The notes beneath the pieces were generated by a model. That model had not been told where the DNA came from, did no database searches, and saw only the letters and a program-made list of their open reading frames with translations. A stretch of 41,892 nucleotides of DNA, taken from positions 1 to 41,892 of the forward strand of contig CAZBZA010000001.1 of NCBI GenBank assembly GCA_964495865.1. Reading direction: 5' to 3'. Positions 1-9,700 of this stretch are shown in pieces. Position 1 is the first letter of the stretch. Every line of letters starts with the position of its first letter. Position numbers and translations under genes: made by a program. The stretch is from an uncultured Lentimicrobiaceae bacterium (GTDB taxonomy: Bacteria; Bacteroidota; Bacteroidia; Bacteroidales; UBA4417).

Positions 1-44
1 CCGATCCCATAGTGTCTTTTTCGATGCGGGTTTTCATTGTTTAT

Positions 45-390
45 GAAGTTTGAGAAGATTTTGGTATTTTGGTGAATTTAGGGACTGTAGATGGACGAGA
101 GGTTTTAGAGATTTAGTGGATTTAGTGGTCATTCAATTGTTGTTGGACGAGAGGTTTGGGAGTGGATTGAGTGGATTGAGTGTCATTCAATGGTCATTCA
201 ATTGTGGTTTGACAAGAGGATTGTGAAAGTTTGAGTGGATTTAGCGGTCATTCGATTGTTGTTGGACGAGAGGTTTGGGAGTGGATTGAGTGGATTGAGT
301 GTCATTCAATGGTCATTCAATTGTGGTTTGACAAGAGGATTGTGAAAGTTTAAGTGGATTTAGTGGTCATTCAATTGTTGTTGGACAAAA
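45..390 (+). repeat. Tandem repeat array with a 119-bp unit in about 2.9 copies. Each unit is built from two ~60-nt sub-repeats with cores GGTCATTCAATTG and TTTGAGTGGATT.
   Basis: Units 121-239 and 240-358 differ at only 3 positions. A third copy starts at 359 and supplies the stop codon and last ~6 codons of the 371-766 CDS. A degenerate copy lies at ~45-120. Confidence 0.85.
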
Positions 391-766
391 GATGGTGTTC
401 AATCGTGGTTGCCAGGTTTTTTCCGATAGTGTTTATATAATTATTCAGCCTAATGCTCAGATCCTGAATATTTTCTATCAGATCCTTATTTTCGTCATCG
501 GTTATTAATTTTCTGTTATGTGCTTTTATAGTCCACGTTCGGGTTTCGTAAAGTGAACCACGCGAATAGTAGAGAAAGTTTTTAGAATCTTTGAAATGAA
601 ACCGCCCAAAGCCTTCACTGATATTAGAGCCTATTGAATCAGCGGCTTCTGTAAATTGTTTGCCAATGGAATATTTTGCAAAAGCATCCCATTTTATAAC
701 AATCTCCCAGACTTTTTCAGCCAGTTGCATTGCCTGTTGATAAACTCTTAAATCATCAATATCCAT
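371..766 (-). CDS. Four-helix-bundle protein of the 23S rRNA intervening-sequence protein family (TIGR02436/PF05635-like), the family that includes DGR Avd proteins
   Basis: A 131-aa ORF. Family-typical motifs are present: LRVYQQA...L, QFTEAADSIGSNISEGFGR, KNFLYYSRGSLYET. Confidence 0.8.
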   Translation of the reverse strand: MDIDDLRVYQQAMQLAEKVWEIVIKWDAFAKYSIGKQFTEAADSIGSNISEGFGRFHFKDSKNFLYYSRGSLYETRTWTIKAHNRKLITDDENKDLIENIQDLSIRLNNYINTIGKNLATTIEHHLLSNNN

Positions 767-832
767 GAGGTAAAATTAAAATTCATTTCTTAAAAACACA
801 GCTAAAGATAAAAACTGTATTTAACCGTCAAA

Positions 833-1080
833 AGACCATTTATTGTCCATCGAATGACCATTGAATTACCACTAATCCCACTCAAAAATCCCATACCCTC
901 TCCTTCCTCCACAATTGAATGACCATCGAATGACCACCGAATGACCATTGAATCACAACTAACTTCACTCAAAAATCCCATACTCTCTCACTCCTCCACA
1001 ACTGAATGACAATCGAATGACTACCAAATCCACTCAAAAAAATCAACCCTCTAAACCCTCAACAACCGAATGACCATTTA
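833..1080 (-). repeat. Tandem repeat array with an 87-bp unit in about 2.7 copies. It is the reverse complement of the repeat family at 45-390.
   Basis: CGAATGACCATTGAAT recurs at 851 and 938. The reverse complement reads ATGGTCATTCAATTGTGG...TTTGAGTGGGATTAGTGG, matching the cores of the left array. The last copy ends on the TAA stop (1078-1080) of the neighbouring gene. Confidence 0.8.
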
Positions 1081-1419
1081 CAACAATCGCTCTATCTCTT
1101 CCACTGGCTGCCCAAGCACCGCTTTATGATTTTGTACAACTATCGGGCGTTGGATTAGTTTTGGGTTTTCGAGGATAATCGTTATCCATTCTTCGTCGGT
1201 GAAGTTTTTGCCTTTAAGTTTTTCCTTGAACTCATCTTCCTGAGTGCGCACTATTTCGAGTGGACGCATGTTTAGCTTCATCAGCAATTCTTTGAACTTT
1301 TCGCGCGTAAAAGGGGTTTTGAGGTATTCAACCACAGTATGTTCAAGGCCTTTTTCCTGAAGGTATTGCAGTCCGGCACGCGATTTACGGCATTTGGGGT
1401 TGTGGTAAATAATTATCAT
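1078..1419 (-). CDS. ArsC/Spx-family (glutaredoxin-type arsenate reductase-like) protein
   Basis: The ORF track gives 1078-1578. The family N-terminus MIIIYHNPKCRKSR begins at the internal ATG at 1417-1419, and the upstream 53 codons look non-native. The QRPIVV motif is present. A Gln occupies the position I align to a C-terminal catalytic Arg of E. coli ArsC (by-eye alignment), so true arsenate reductase activity is uncertain. Confidence 0.75.
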   Translation of the reverse strand: MIIIYHNPKCRKSRAGLQYLQEKGLEHTVVEYLKTPFTREKFKELLMKLNMRPLEIVRTQEDEFKEKLKGKNFTDEEWITIILENPKLIQRPIVVQNHKAVLGQPVEEIERLL

Positions 1420-1709
1420 AGGTTTTAACTGAAAGAATGGATTTCTTTTCAAAGATAGGGAAACTTTTCTTCGGAAAATTGAAAGAATTACTTTCCTGAA
1501 AATACGAATATTTATGTATGTAAAGAAGGATAAAGAGCCATAAAAATCAGAAAAAGGATTTATAATTAAATCATGCAAATTCGGTTACCTTGTGAACCGT
1601 TTCCAGCCGGATGGTAAAGGTAAGAAAACAGAAATTCCTGAACCACGTTGAATATAAACGCAAGTTTGAAATAAGAAGAGCTGCCCCTGACTATTCCTGA
1701 AACCTTGAA

Positions 1710-2805
1710 TTATATCTCGTTCCTTCCAAATTCCATCAGGTATGATTTGATGAATTCGTTCAAATCGCCATCCAGAACTTCAAAAGCATTGGATGTTTCG
1801 TGTCCGGTACGTATGTCTTTCACCATTTTGTAAGGGTGAAGCACATAATTACGGATTTGCGATCCCCATTCAATCTTTTTCTTGTTGCCTTCAATTTCAG
1901 CCTGGGCTTCTTTTTTCTTGCGGATTTCAATTTCGTATAGCTGCGATTTAAGCATTTGTATGGCTTTGTCGCGGTTTTGTTGCTGCGAACGGGTTACCTG
2001 ACATTCCACCACAATCCCTGAAGGTGCGTGATACAGTCTGACTGCCGTTTCAACTTTATTTACATTTTGCCCACCCGGACCGCTGCTGCGGAAAGTATCC
2101 CAGCTTAAATCAGCCTGGTTGAGCTGGATATCAATATTGTCGTCAACCACAGGATATACATAAACCGAAGCAAACGAAGTATGGCGGCGGTTAGCCGAAT
2201 CGAAAGGGGAGAGGCGCACCAGGCGGTGAACCCCGTTTTCGCCTTTCAGGTAGCCAAATGCATGGTCGCCTTCAATTTCAATTGAAACGGATTTTATGCC
2301 GGCACCATCGCCTTCATTTAAATCGAGTTCCCTTACTTTATAATTATTCCGCTCGGCCCAGCGGAGATACATACGCATAAGCATCTGGGCCCAGTCCTGG
2401 CTTTCAGTACCGCCTGCTCCTGAATTAATCTGGAGGATAGCGCTCAGCCCGTCCTCTTCATTGCGGAGCATATTGCGGAATTCGAGGTGGTCGAAAAGGG
2501 CTTTGGTTTTTTCGTAATGTTCTTCTACTTCCTCCTCCGTAGCTTCGTCAGCCTGAAAAAATTCATACAAAACAGTTAAGTCAGCAAGCGATGCTTCGGC
2601 TTCGGCGTATGCACTGGTCCAGCTTTTCTTTTCCTGAATGGATTTGAGAACGGCTTCAGCTTTTTTAGGATCGTCCCAGAAATCGGGAGCAAGTGTTATT
2701 TTTTCTTCGTCGGCTATGAGTTCAAGCTTGGTTTCGACGTCAAAGGAACCTCCTCAGCGCTTCGAGTCGCTTTGATAGTTCTTTAAGGGTTTCAATGTTT
2801 ATCAT
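1710..2805 (-). CDS. prfB: Peptide chain release factor 2, translated with a programmed +1 frameshift (complement join 1710..2741, 2743..2805)
   Basis: The downstream frame carries [17 protein letters not shown] and other RF2 signatures. The ATG at 2803-2805 opens a 21-codon frame ([21 protein letters not shown]) that ends in TGA at 2740-2742. I translated the +1 frame from 2741 by hand; it stays open and joins the 1710-2570 ORF. Confidence 0.93.
2739..2755 (-). promoter_or_regulatory. RF2 autoregulatory +1 frameshift cassette: GAGGAGG-TTC-CTT-TGA-C
   Basis: The minus strand reads GAGGAGGTTCCTTTGAC. An SD-like AGGAGG sits 3 nt before the slippery CTT, followed by in-frame TGA and then C. The spacing is the same as the E. 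coli prfB site. Confidence 0.9.
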
Positions 2806-2820
2806 ACTAATAGAATGTGA

Positions 2821-3309
2821 TTATGAATCAAGTAAATCGTTGTTTTTTAAAAGTGATGAAACGAGGGAGGGCTCAAAACCGCGTGATGCTGCGAAGAAGA
2901 TTGCTTTCTGCCTGTTGGCGGGTGAAAGGCTGCCGAGTTGTCGCATTTTTTTCTGAAGTATCTCTTTCAGATACGAAATGTAATCGTCTTCATCAATGGC
3001 AGCTAGTGCTTCCTGAATAAGAGCAGAAGGAATACCTCTCATCCTGAGTTCGGATGTGATTTTTATTTTTCCCCAGCCATTTATCCTGAATTTTCCACCG
3101 GCGTAGTTAACTGCAAAGCGTTTTTCGTTGAGAAATCCTTCTTCTGCCAGTTTACTGATAATATCATCAATAAAACTGCTGCTGATATTCCAGTATTTCA
3201 GTTTATAACGGATTTCGCTGTTGCAGCGGTCCTGGATGGCACAGTAATCAGCTGCTTTCCGGTACGATTGTCCGAAATCAAGCTCACTATCTCCGTTACT
3301 ATCGTGCAT
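2821..3309 (-). CDS. recX: Recombination regulator RecX
   Basis: A 162-aa ORF with a three-repeat helical pattern: AADYCAIQDRCNSEIRYKL, EEGFLNEKRFA, GWGKIKITSELRMRGI. Confidence 0.75.
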   Translation of the reverse strand: MHDSNGDSELDFGQSYRKAADYCAIQDRCNSEIRYKLKYWNISSSFIDDIISKLAEEGFLNEKRFAVNYAGGKFRINGWGKIKITSELRMRGIPSALIQEALAAIDEDDYISYLKEILQKKMRQLGSLSPANRQKAIFFAASRGFEPSLVSSLLKNNDLLDS

Positions 3310-3314
3310 ATTGT

Positions 3315-3791
3315 CTAATAAAACTCGACCAGTTCGATATCAAATATCAACACCGAATTGGCCGGAATATTGGTTTTGGCTGTTGAGCCATATCCCAAAG
3401 CCGATGGAATAAGAAGTTTGATTTTCCCTTTTACACCAATTAATTGCAGCCCTTCCTGCCAGCCAGGTATCACTGCTTTCAGCGCAAAGGTAGCAGGGCT
3501 TCCGGTTTTTGATTCATCAAATACGGTTCCGTCAGTCAGATACCCTTTGTAATTAGCTACTACTACCGAGTTGATATTTGGGGCATTTGCTCCGCCTTGT
3601 TTATCAAGAATATAATACAATCCGGAAGCGGTTGATTGAGCTGTTAGGTTATTTTCTGACAGGTAATCCTCAATTATTTTTTTATCGATCGGACCGTAAT
3701 CGGTTGTGTCCGTATCGCATGAAGCTGCTATGATTATTATAAAAGCAAAAGCAAAAAGTTTATGAAGCATAGGTATACTATTTTGCTGCAA
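3315..3791 (-). CDS. FKBP-type peptidyl-prolyl cis-trans isomerase, probable lipoprotein
   Basis: FKBP motifs YKGYLTDGTVFDES, VIPGWQEGL and IPSALGYG are present, ending in LIFDIELVEF. The alternative start at 3770 gives MLHKLFAFAFIIIIAASC, a lipobox-like signal. Confidence 0.85.
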   Translation of the reverse strand: MQQNSIPMLHKLFAFAFIIIIAASCDTDTTDYGPIDKKIIEDYLSENNLTAQSTASGLYYILDKQGGANAPNINSVVVANYKGYLTDGTVFDESKTGSPATFALKAVIPGWQEGLQLIGVKGKIKLLIPSALGYGSTAKTNIPANSVLIFDIELVEFY

Positions 3792-4159
3792 AGTTAAAGG
3801 ATTGAAGCATACCGCTGCTGATTTTAAGGATTTTTAATAGTAGGCAAGCCTCGCGATGGTTGGGAGGCAGTTTTGTTTATTAAAAAAACCGCTGAAATCA
3901 CAAAATCCAAAACCTCACTTACTCTGCTTACTGCTCCCGAAAGTTTGACTCAAATTAATCATGGCATCTTTTATTTGGATTGCTTCCGATCGGAAATTAC
4001 GTTGAAAAGCAGTTTCTTATGGTTCTTCAATATTAAATAAGTTTTACCGAATAAAATAAATGTACAGAATTGTAAAACCTTACTTGCAAACAAATGTTAA
4101 TTTAAAGTTGAAAAGTGTACTTCAGTAAATAATCATATAGTAAACTAAAAATTCATCTT

Positions 4160-4963
4160 ATGCAGTCTGAAATTAAAACTATTGAAAATACCGACAAAGT
4201 TAAAAACAGTGCTTGTGGTTGCGGGTCAGGAGGTTGCGGTTCTCATTCCGGCAGCCATCAGGGTAATGATGAAAATTCCGAAATTAATCCTGATCTTCCT
4301 TCTCGTTTCCAGCTTTTACAGGAAGGCGATCGCGTTGTCGAATTCGGATCAGGAACTGGCAGCGAATCTATTTCCCTTGCCAGCATTGTAGGTAACAAGG
4401 GTAAGGTAATTGGTATAGATAAATCGGAGCAAAATATTGAAACCGCCCGTGGATTGCTTGATTCAGTGAAAGTTAATAATGTGGAATTCAGATTGGGCGA
4501 TATTGAAGCCGCTCCTGTACCCGACGAATATGCCGATGTTATTTATTCGACCTGTGTTTTTAATCTGCAAGCCAACAAGCAAAAGGTTGCTGATGAAATG
4601 TACCGTGTAGTTAAACATAACGGGTATGTGTGCGTGTCGGATTTTGTGATTCTTGAAGATATTCCCGATGACCTCCGCAAAGAAGCTTCAGCTTTTGCAG
4701 GTTGTATATCGGGAGCTGAAAAAGTAGATGCGTTTATGAATTACTTCCGAAAAACCGGTTTTGCGCAGGGTGGAATAGTTGAAGTAAATAAGGTGAAACT
4801 GCCCGATGAGTTATTGGAAAAATACCTGGATGCCGAAGGGATAAGAAAATACAATGATATTAATTCGGACGAAGGGATTTTTAGTGTTGTGCTGGTTGTT
4901 GAAAAACCTGAACACTGTACCGCTGAAACCTGCTGCCACAATGCAGATAAACATAAAAACTAA
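4160..4963 (+). CDS. SAM-dependent methyltransferase, arsenite methyltransferase (ArsM)-like
   Basis: A class I SAM fold is indicated by VVEFGSGTGSES and VIGIDKS. ArsM-like Cys motifs are YSTCVFNL and FAGCISGA. The N-terminus (ACGCGSGGCGS) and C-terminus (CTAETCCH) are Cys-rich. Confidence 0.6.
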   Translation: MQSEIKTIENTDKVKNSACGCGSGGCGSHSGSHQGNDENSEINPDLPSRFQLLQEGDRVVEFGSGTGSESISLASIVGNKGKVIGIDKSEQNIETARGLLDSVKVNNVEFRLGDIEAAPVPDEYADVIYSTCVFNLQANKQKVADEMYRVVKHNGYVCVSDFVILEDIPDDLRKEASAFAGCISGAEKVDAFMNYFRKTGFAQGGIVEVNKVKLPDELLEKYLDAEGIRKYNDINSDEGIFSVVLVVEKPEHCTAETCCHNADKHKN

Positions 4964-5005
4964 TCTCTATATATTGAATCTTTAAGAAATTGGAGGTTAG
5001 GAAGT

Positions 5006-5059
5006 AAAAAAATCCCGGAGTATCTGTCAACACAACTACAGATTATCTCCGGGATTTTT
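5006..5059. terminator. Bidirectional hairpin terminator between convergent genes
   Basis: AAAAAAATCCCGGAG (5006-5020) pairs with CTCCGGGATTTTT (5047-5059). An inner stem is ATCTGT/ACAGAT. A-runs and T-runs flank both sides. Confidence 0.7.
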
Positions 5060-5108
5060 GCATTTAGTAAGTCCTGGTCAGCTTAAACCCGAATCCGGGG
5101 ACCAGTAA

Positions 5109-5975
5109 TTATTTCTTCTCGAGCAGTTTAAAGAATTGATCAAGTTGTGGAAGAATAACAATACGTGTGCGGCGGTTTGCTGCTTTTCCCTCTTCTGAGC
5201 TGTTCGAAGCAATAGGCTGGTATTCACTGCGTCCGGCGGCAATAATTGTTGAAGGATCAAGTCCATACTGTGTTTGAAGCAGGCGAACGATAGTGGTCGA
5301 ACGTTTTACACTTAAATCCCAGTTATCAACCAGGTCGCCTCGTTTGAAAGGAACATTATCTGTATGACCTTCGACCATAAATTCCATATTTGGCTGATTT
5401 TTCAGAACCAATGCTACTTTTCCGAGGACTTCCTTAGCCTTGTCGGTTACAACATAACTTCCGCTTTTAAATAAAAGTTTATCCGAAATATCAATAAACA
5501 CAACCCCTTTATCCACCTTAATATTGATATCCTTGTCTTCCATATTGCCGATAGCGCCTTTCAGATTCATTACAAGAGCCATGTTGAGCGAATCTTTCTG
5601 TGCAAGTGATGTTTGCAATCCCTGGATATAAGCGTCTTTCATGCCGAGGTTTTCCATTGATTTTTTAATACTTTCGGCCTGTGAACTCGAAATTACCGAA
5701 AGGGCTTCTAACTGATTTAAAACAATAGTGTTGTTGCTTTTCAGATAGGATTGTTCCTTGTTCATATCGGCAATTTGCCTGTTCAGATCTTCAATCTGTT
5801 TCAGGTAATTTGCTTTGGCAGTTTCACACGCATTCAGGTCATTTTGCTTCTTGGTATATTGTGTATTCAGTGTTTCGAAACTGGCAACCTGTGCCTTGTA
5901 TTTTTTCTGGCTAACACATGAGGAGCCCAGCACAATAACTGCAAGTCCTAATGCTAAAAAGAGTTTAGTTTTCAT
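5109..5975 (-). CDS. OmpA/MotB-domain lipoprotein with an N-terminal coiled coil
   Basis: The C-terminal OmpA-like motifs are VEGHTDNVP, NWDLSVKRS and RRTRIVI. The ATG at 5973-5975 gives MKTKLFLALGLAVIVLGSSC (lipobox). The ORF track extends to 6011. Confidence 0.8.
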   Translation of the reverse strand: MKTKLFLALGLAVIVLGSSCVSQKKYKAQVASFETLNTQYTKKQNDLNACETAKANYLKQIEDLNRQIADMNKEQSYLKSNNTIVLNQLEALSVISSSQAESIKKSMENLGMKDAYIQGLQTSLAQKDSLNMALVMNLKGAIGNMEDKDINIKVDKGVVFIDISDKLLFKSGSYVVTDKAKEVLGKVALVLKNQPNMEFMVEGHTDNVPFKRGDLVDNWDLSVKRSTTIVRLLQTQYGLDPSTIIAAGRSEYQPIASNSSEEGKAANRRTRIVILPQLDQFFKLLEKK

Positions 5976-6778
5976 AAGAATTGATTTTATTTTTAATTGA
6001 TGAAATTTCATTCAGAATCACTGTAAGTTGACGAGAAATTCAGTAAGATAAAATAAAATATGGCATTCGTTCAATACATTCGATTGAGTTATGCAAATGT
6101 AGTTAATTTTCTTTATTATCGGAGTCCTTTAGCCTATTACCCATTGTATTTTTTTGCTTTTTTTAACTAATTCGATATAGCTATACTTTTTATAGTGTGA
6201 GATTTGAATTTGTGTATTATTCTCATCTTTAATCTGGTTTTTCTACCGGCTTTGACAATATCTGAGCAGGAAGGAGCTTAGGCAGAATTATTCCCGTTTT
6301 CATGTTAGTTTATACATATTCACATGTTCATAGTTTAAAATCTGCTGTTCACTTCGGTTAAAGGTCAAAAATAAGGGGGTTTAAAAAAGTATTTAAATCA
6401 TTGATATACAGTAATATGATTGTTAATAAATCGTTTAATAACTTATTTTCATCCACCTAATGCTGGCTTTTTTTTGTAATAACTTGCACTATGATTAGGA
6501 GTATATTTTGAAAAATCTACCATAAGTGATTTTTCAACATTAGCCTAACTCCCTATCATACAACAATAATGATGGAACATGCAATTTGTATTCCCTGCAA
6601 AAAACCGGTTATTCAATAAAAGTTTCAGGAATTTGTAGGGCAAACGTTAAAAAAAATATTAATGAGAGTTGGCCATGATTGAATAATTAACTAATGAAAT
6701 AATAGTATTGTTGAATCATGTCTTATTCTCTGTGTGCCTGCCAGGCATCTTACCAAAGTCAAAATAAAAAATACTAAG

Positions 6779-9700
6779 ATGAAAAAATCTTTATATATCC
6801 GGATCTGTGCGAAGGCATTCGGAATGATTTTTCTACTGATGCCTTACTTGGTCAGTGCTTCGCCGATGGCAAGCTTGTCGTTGCCAGGCATAGAGTTAAG
6901 AGCTTATAGCCCGGCCTTTCCGGGAGTAGTAAGTTTACATGAGAATGCGCTTATTTTTAATACTATTACTTTTGATAACGAATATTCCGCCTTCGCAGGT
7001 TTCCCGAAATATTTGCTCCCGAATTCAGCTACTCATCCCTGTTTAATTTCTGAGTATGCAATTCCTGCTCCACCTGTTATCATATGTCCGGGAAACAAGG
7101 TTGCTGTTGCTGAGCCTGGTTTATGCTCAGCTCTGGTAAGTGGAATTTCCCTGGTTTATTCCGACCCCGACAACGATATCGTTTCTGTAACATGGGCCAT
7201 GGCTGGTGCTACAAACGCCAACTCACCGGCAACCGGAATTAATAATCCGGTTTCTTATACTTTCAACTCTGGCGTAACTACTATGTTTTACATTGTTACT
7301 GATGCTGAAAATAATACAGTTACATGCAATTTTACAGTAACTGTAACCGATACTCAATTGCCGGTGATAACCTGCCCGCAAAATATTAATGCCACTTACG
7401 CCGAAGATAGTTGTACTGCCAATATTACTATTGTAGCCCCTGCTGTTACTGATAATTGCGGAATTGTTTCAGGATTGGCTACCGGCAGCAGGAGCGACGG
7501 ACTGCCGCTAACTGCTCCATATCCTTCGGGAGTAACAACTATTACTTGGACAGCTACCGATCTGAATGGAAATAGTACGTCCTGCATACAAACAGTTTCA
7601 ATAACTCCTGGTGTATTATTGGTTAACTATACTTTTACCGGAGCTACCGGTTATCCGATAAGTCCAAACCAAAGTGCTTCCGGTATTGCTTGTGAGGCAA
7701 CTTCCTCCGAACCGTTTTTTATTGATCTGACTCAAGGTACAGCTACAGGAGCCCTTGCATACGTTAATAATATTATAGGGCCACCGGCTATTTACATGGA
7801 TCCCTCAAATTTTACTAACCAGCGGTATTTTCAGTTCCATCTGAGTGGCGATAGTTTATATAAATACCGCAAGTTTAAACTTTATGTGCAGGCCCGAAGG
7901 GGAAACCGTGCTGCTCAAACAATTAACTTTTCCTATAGTACCGATCCATTCAGTTATACTGTAAACGGATCCATGTCACTGCTTTCGTCTGGCATATGGT
8001 ATGAGAAGGTAGTTGATTGGTCAACAGTTGATTTGATCAATAACCGGACCGACCTTTATATTCGTTTATTTGCCAGCAATGGCGCAGGGGGAACCGGCGA
8101 CGGGCGTTTATTTATTGATAATTTTCAGGTAATGGCTTATGATGGACCACTTGCCAGGCCCAATGCAGTTACCATCGATGAAAATATGAGTGTAGTAATT
8201 CCTGTAATGGATAACGACTATTACGGTTGTAACGGACCACTTTCAGGAACACCGGTTTCTGTTATTTCAGTGCCATCACAAGGTAATGTGGTCTTAAATC
8301 CTGATGGAACTATGACCTATACCCCAAACCCAAATGTTAACGGAAACGACAGTTTTATTTACCAGATATGCGATGCATCCGGCAGTTGCGACACTGCTAT
8401 TGTAAATATTACTATTTCGCCTGTAAGTTATGCGCCAACAGTCAGTTGTCCGGGAAATATAACATCAGGATCTGATATAACAGTTTGCGGGGCCCAGGTT
8501 GACGATTTGGCTGCAACTATTTATGACCAGGATGGAAATATCGTATCACTGACCTGGGTTATGACAGGTGCAAATACAAGTGCTTCACCCCTCACCGGGA
8601 TTAATTACCTTTCCAATTATGATTTTGTTACAGGGGTTTCAACGATTACATATATAGTTGTTGATGCAGATGGATTTTCAGATACCTGCAGTTTTACTGT
8701 GACTGTTTACGATAGCGAAAATCCTTCCATGATTTGCCCTGATGATATTACATTTATAATACCAAACTGTGCAACATTTACTGATACAATAGTACTTAGT
8801 CCACCAGTACTTGTTGATGATAACTGTGGTATTTTCAGTTTAGCCAATGATGCTCCGGCTCAGTTTCCGGTAGGAATAACGCCAGTTATTTGGACTGTAG
8901 TTGATATAAATGGCAACTCATACGCCTGTGAACAACTTATTGAAGTCATAAAACAGGCACCTATGATTGTTTCGGCATCCGCTACGCCGGTTAGCTGTTT
9001 TGGTGGTGATGATGGTACTGCCACCGTTTCAGTTGCAGGAGGAACACCACCCTACACCTTTGAATGGATTACTGTACCAGTGCAAACCACACAGACTATT
9101 CTTAATCTTATTGCCGGAACTTATACTGTGGTTGTTACTGATGCTGACGGATGTTCCGACTCAGCTACAGTAGTGATAACCCAACCATCTGATTCGCTTG
9201 TGCTTGCCGTTACAGATATTGTAAATGTTGACTGTTTCGGCGAAGCAACCGGTTCAGTTACGGTTGCGGCAAACGGGGGTACACCAGCTTATCAATATAG
9301 TATTAACGGAGGTACATTACAGGCGGGTGGTTTATTTCCCAATCTTGCTGCTGCAACATATCTGTTTACGGTAATCGATGCTAACGGATGTACCGATACC
9401 TTAAACGTGAATATTTCAGAACCTGATTCAGCAGTTACTGTTCAGGTAACAGTTACTGATACTATTTTGTGTGCAGGACAAAGTACTGGTACTGCTACAG
9501 CTCAGGCCATAGGTGGTGTTGCTCCTTATTCTTATGTATGGAATACTGTGCCGGTGCAGACAACTCCTACTGCAACCGGGTTAATTGCCGGAACTTATAC
9601 CGTTTCTGTAACTGATGCCAATGGTTGTGGTCCGGTTATAGGAATTGCTGTGATAACTGAACTTCCTCCACTGAATGTAAACCCTGATATTACTGCACCG

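Noticed and set aside
1-37. Possible 5' end of a minus-strand gene (ATG at 35-37, MKTRIEKDTMGS...) running off the left edge
   Set aside because: Only 12 codons are visible, which is too little to support a call.
45-390. Possible CRISPR array (short repeated GGTCATTCAATTG cores with intervening sequence)
   Set aside because: The intervening sequences are themselves repeated within 119-bp tandem units. Core spacing is irregular, and the window has no cas genes and no leader.
371-766. Diversity-generating retroelement, because the protein is Avd-like
   Set aside because: No reverse transcriptase ORF lies nearby. No template/variable repeat pair with adenine-specific differences is present. 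The flanking repeats do not match any neighbouring coding sequence apart from the tail of the four-helix-bundle gene itself.
1420-1578. N-terminal extensions in the ORF track: ArsC-family 1420-1578, gcvH 33079-33183, adhesin 6734-6778 and OmpA lipoprotein 5976-6011
   Set aside because: The extensions precede well-conserved family N-termini or signal peptides that begin at internal ATG codons. Several rely on TTG or GTG codons.
1078-4963. Arsenic resistance island (ArsC-family gene at 1078 and ArsM-like gene at 4160)
   Set aside because: The two genes are on opposite strands and are separated by prfB, recX and an FKBP gene. There is no arsR, arsB, acr3 or arsA, so this is not an operon.
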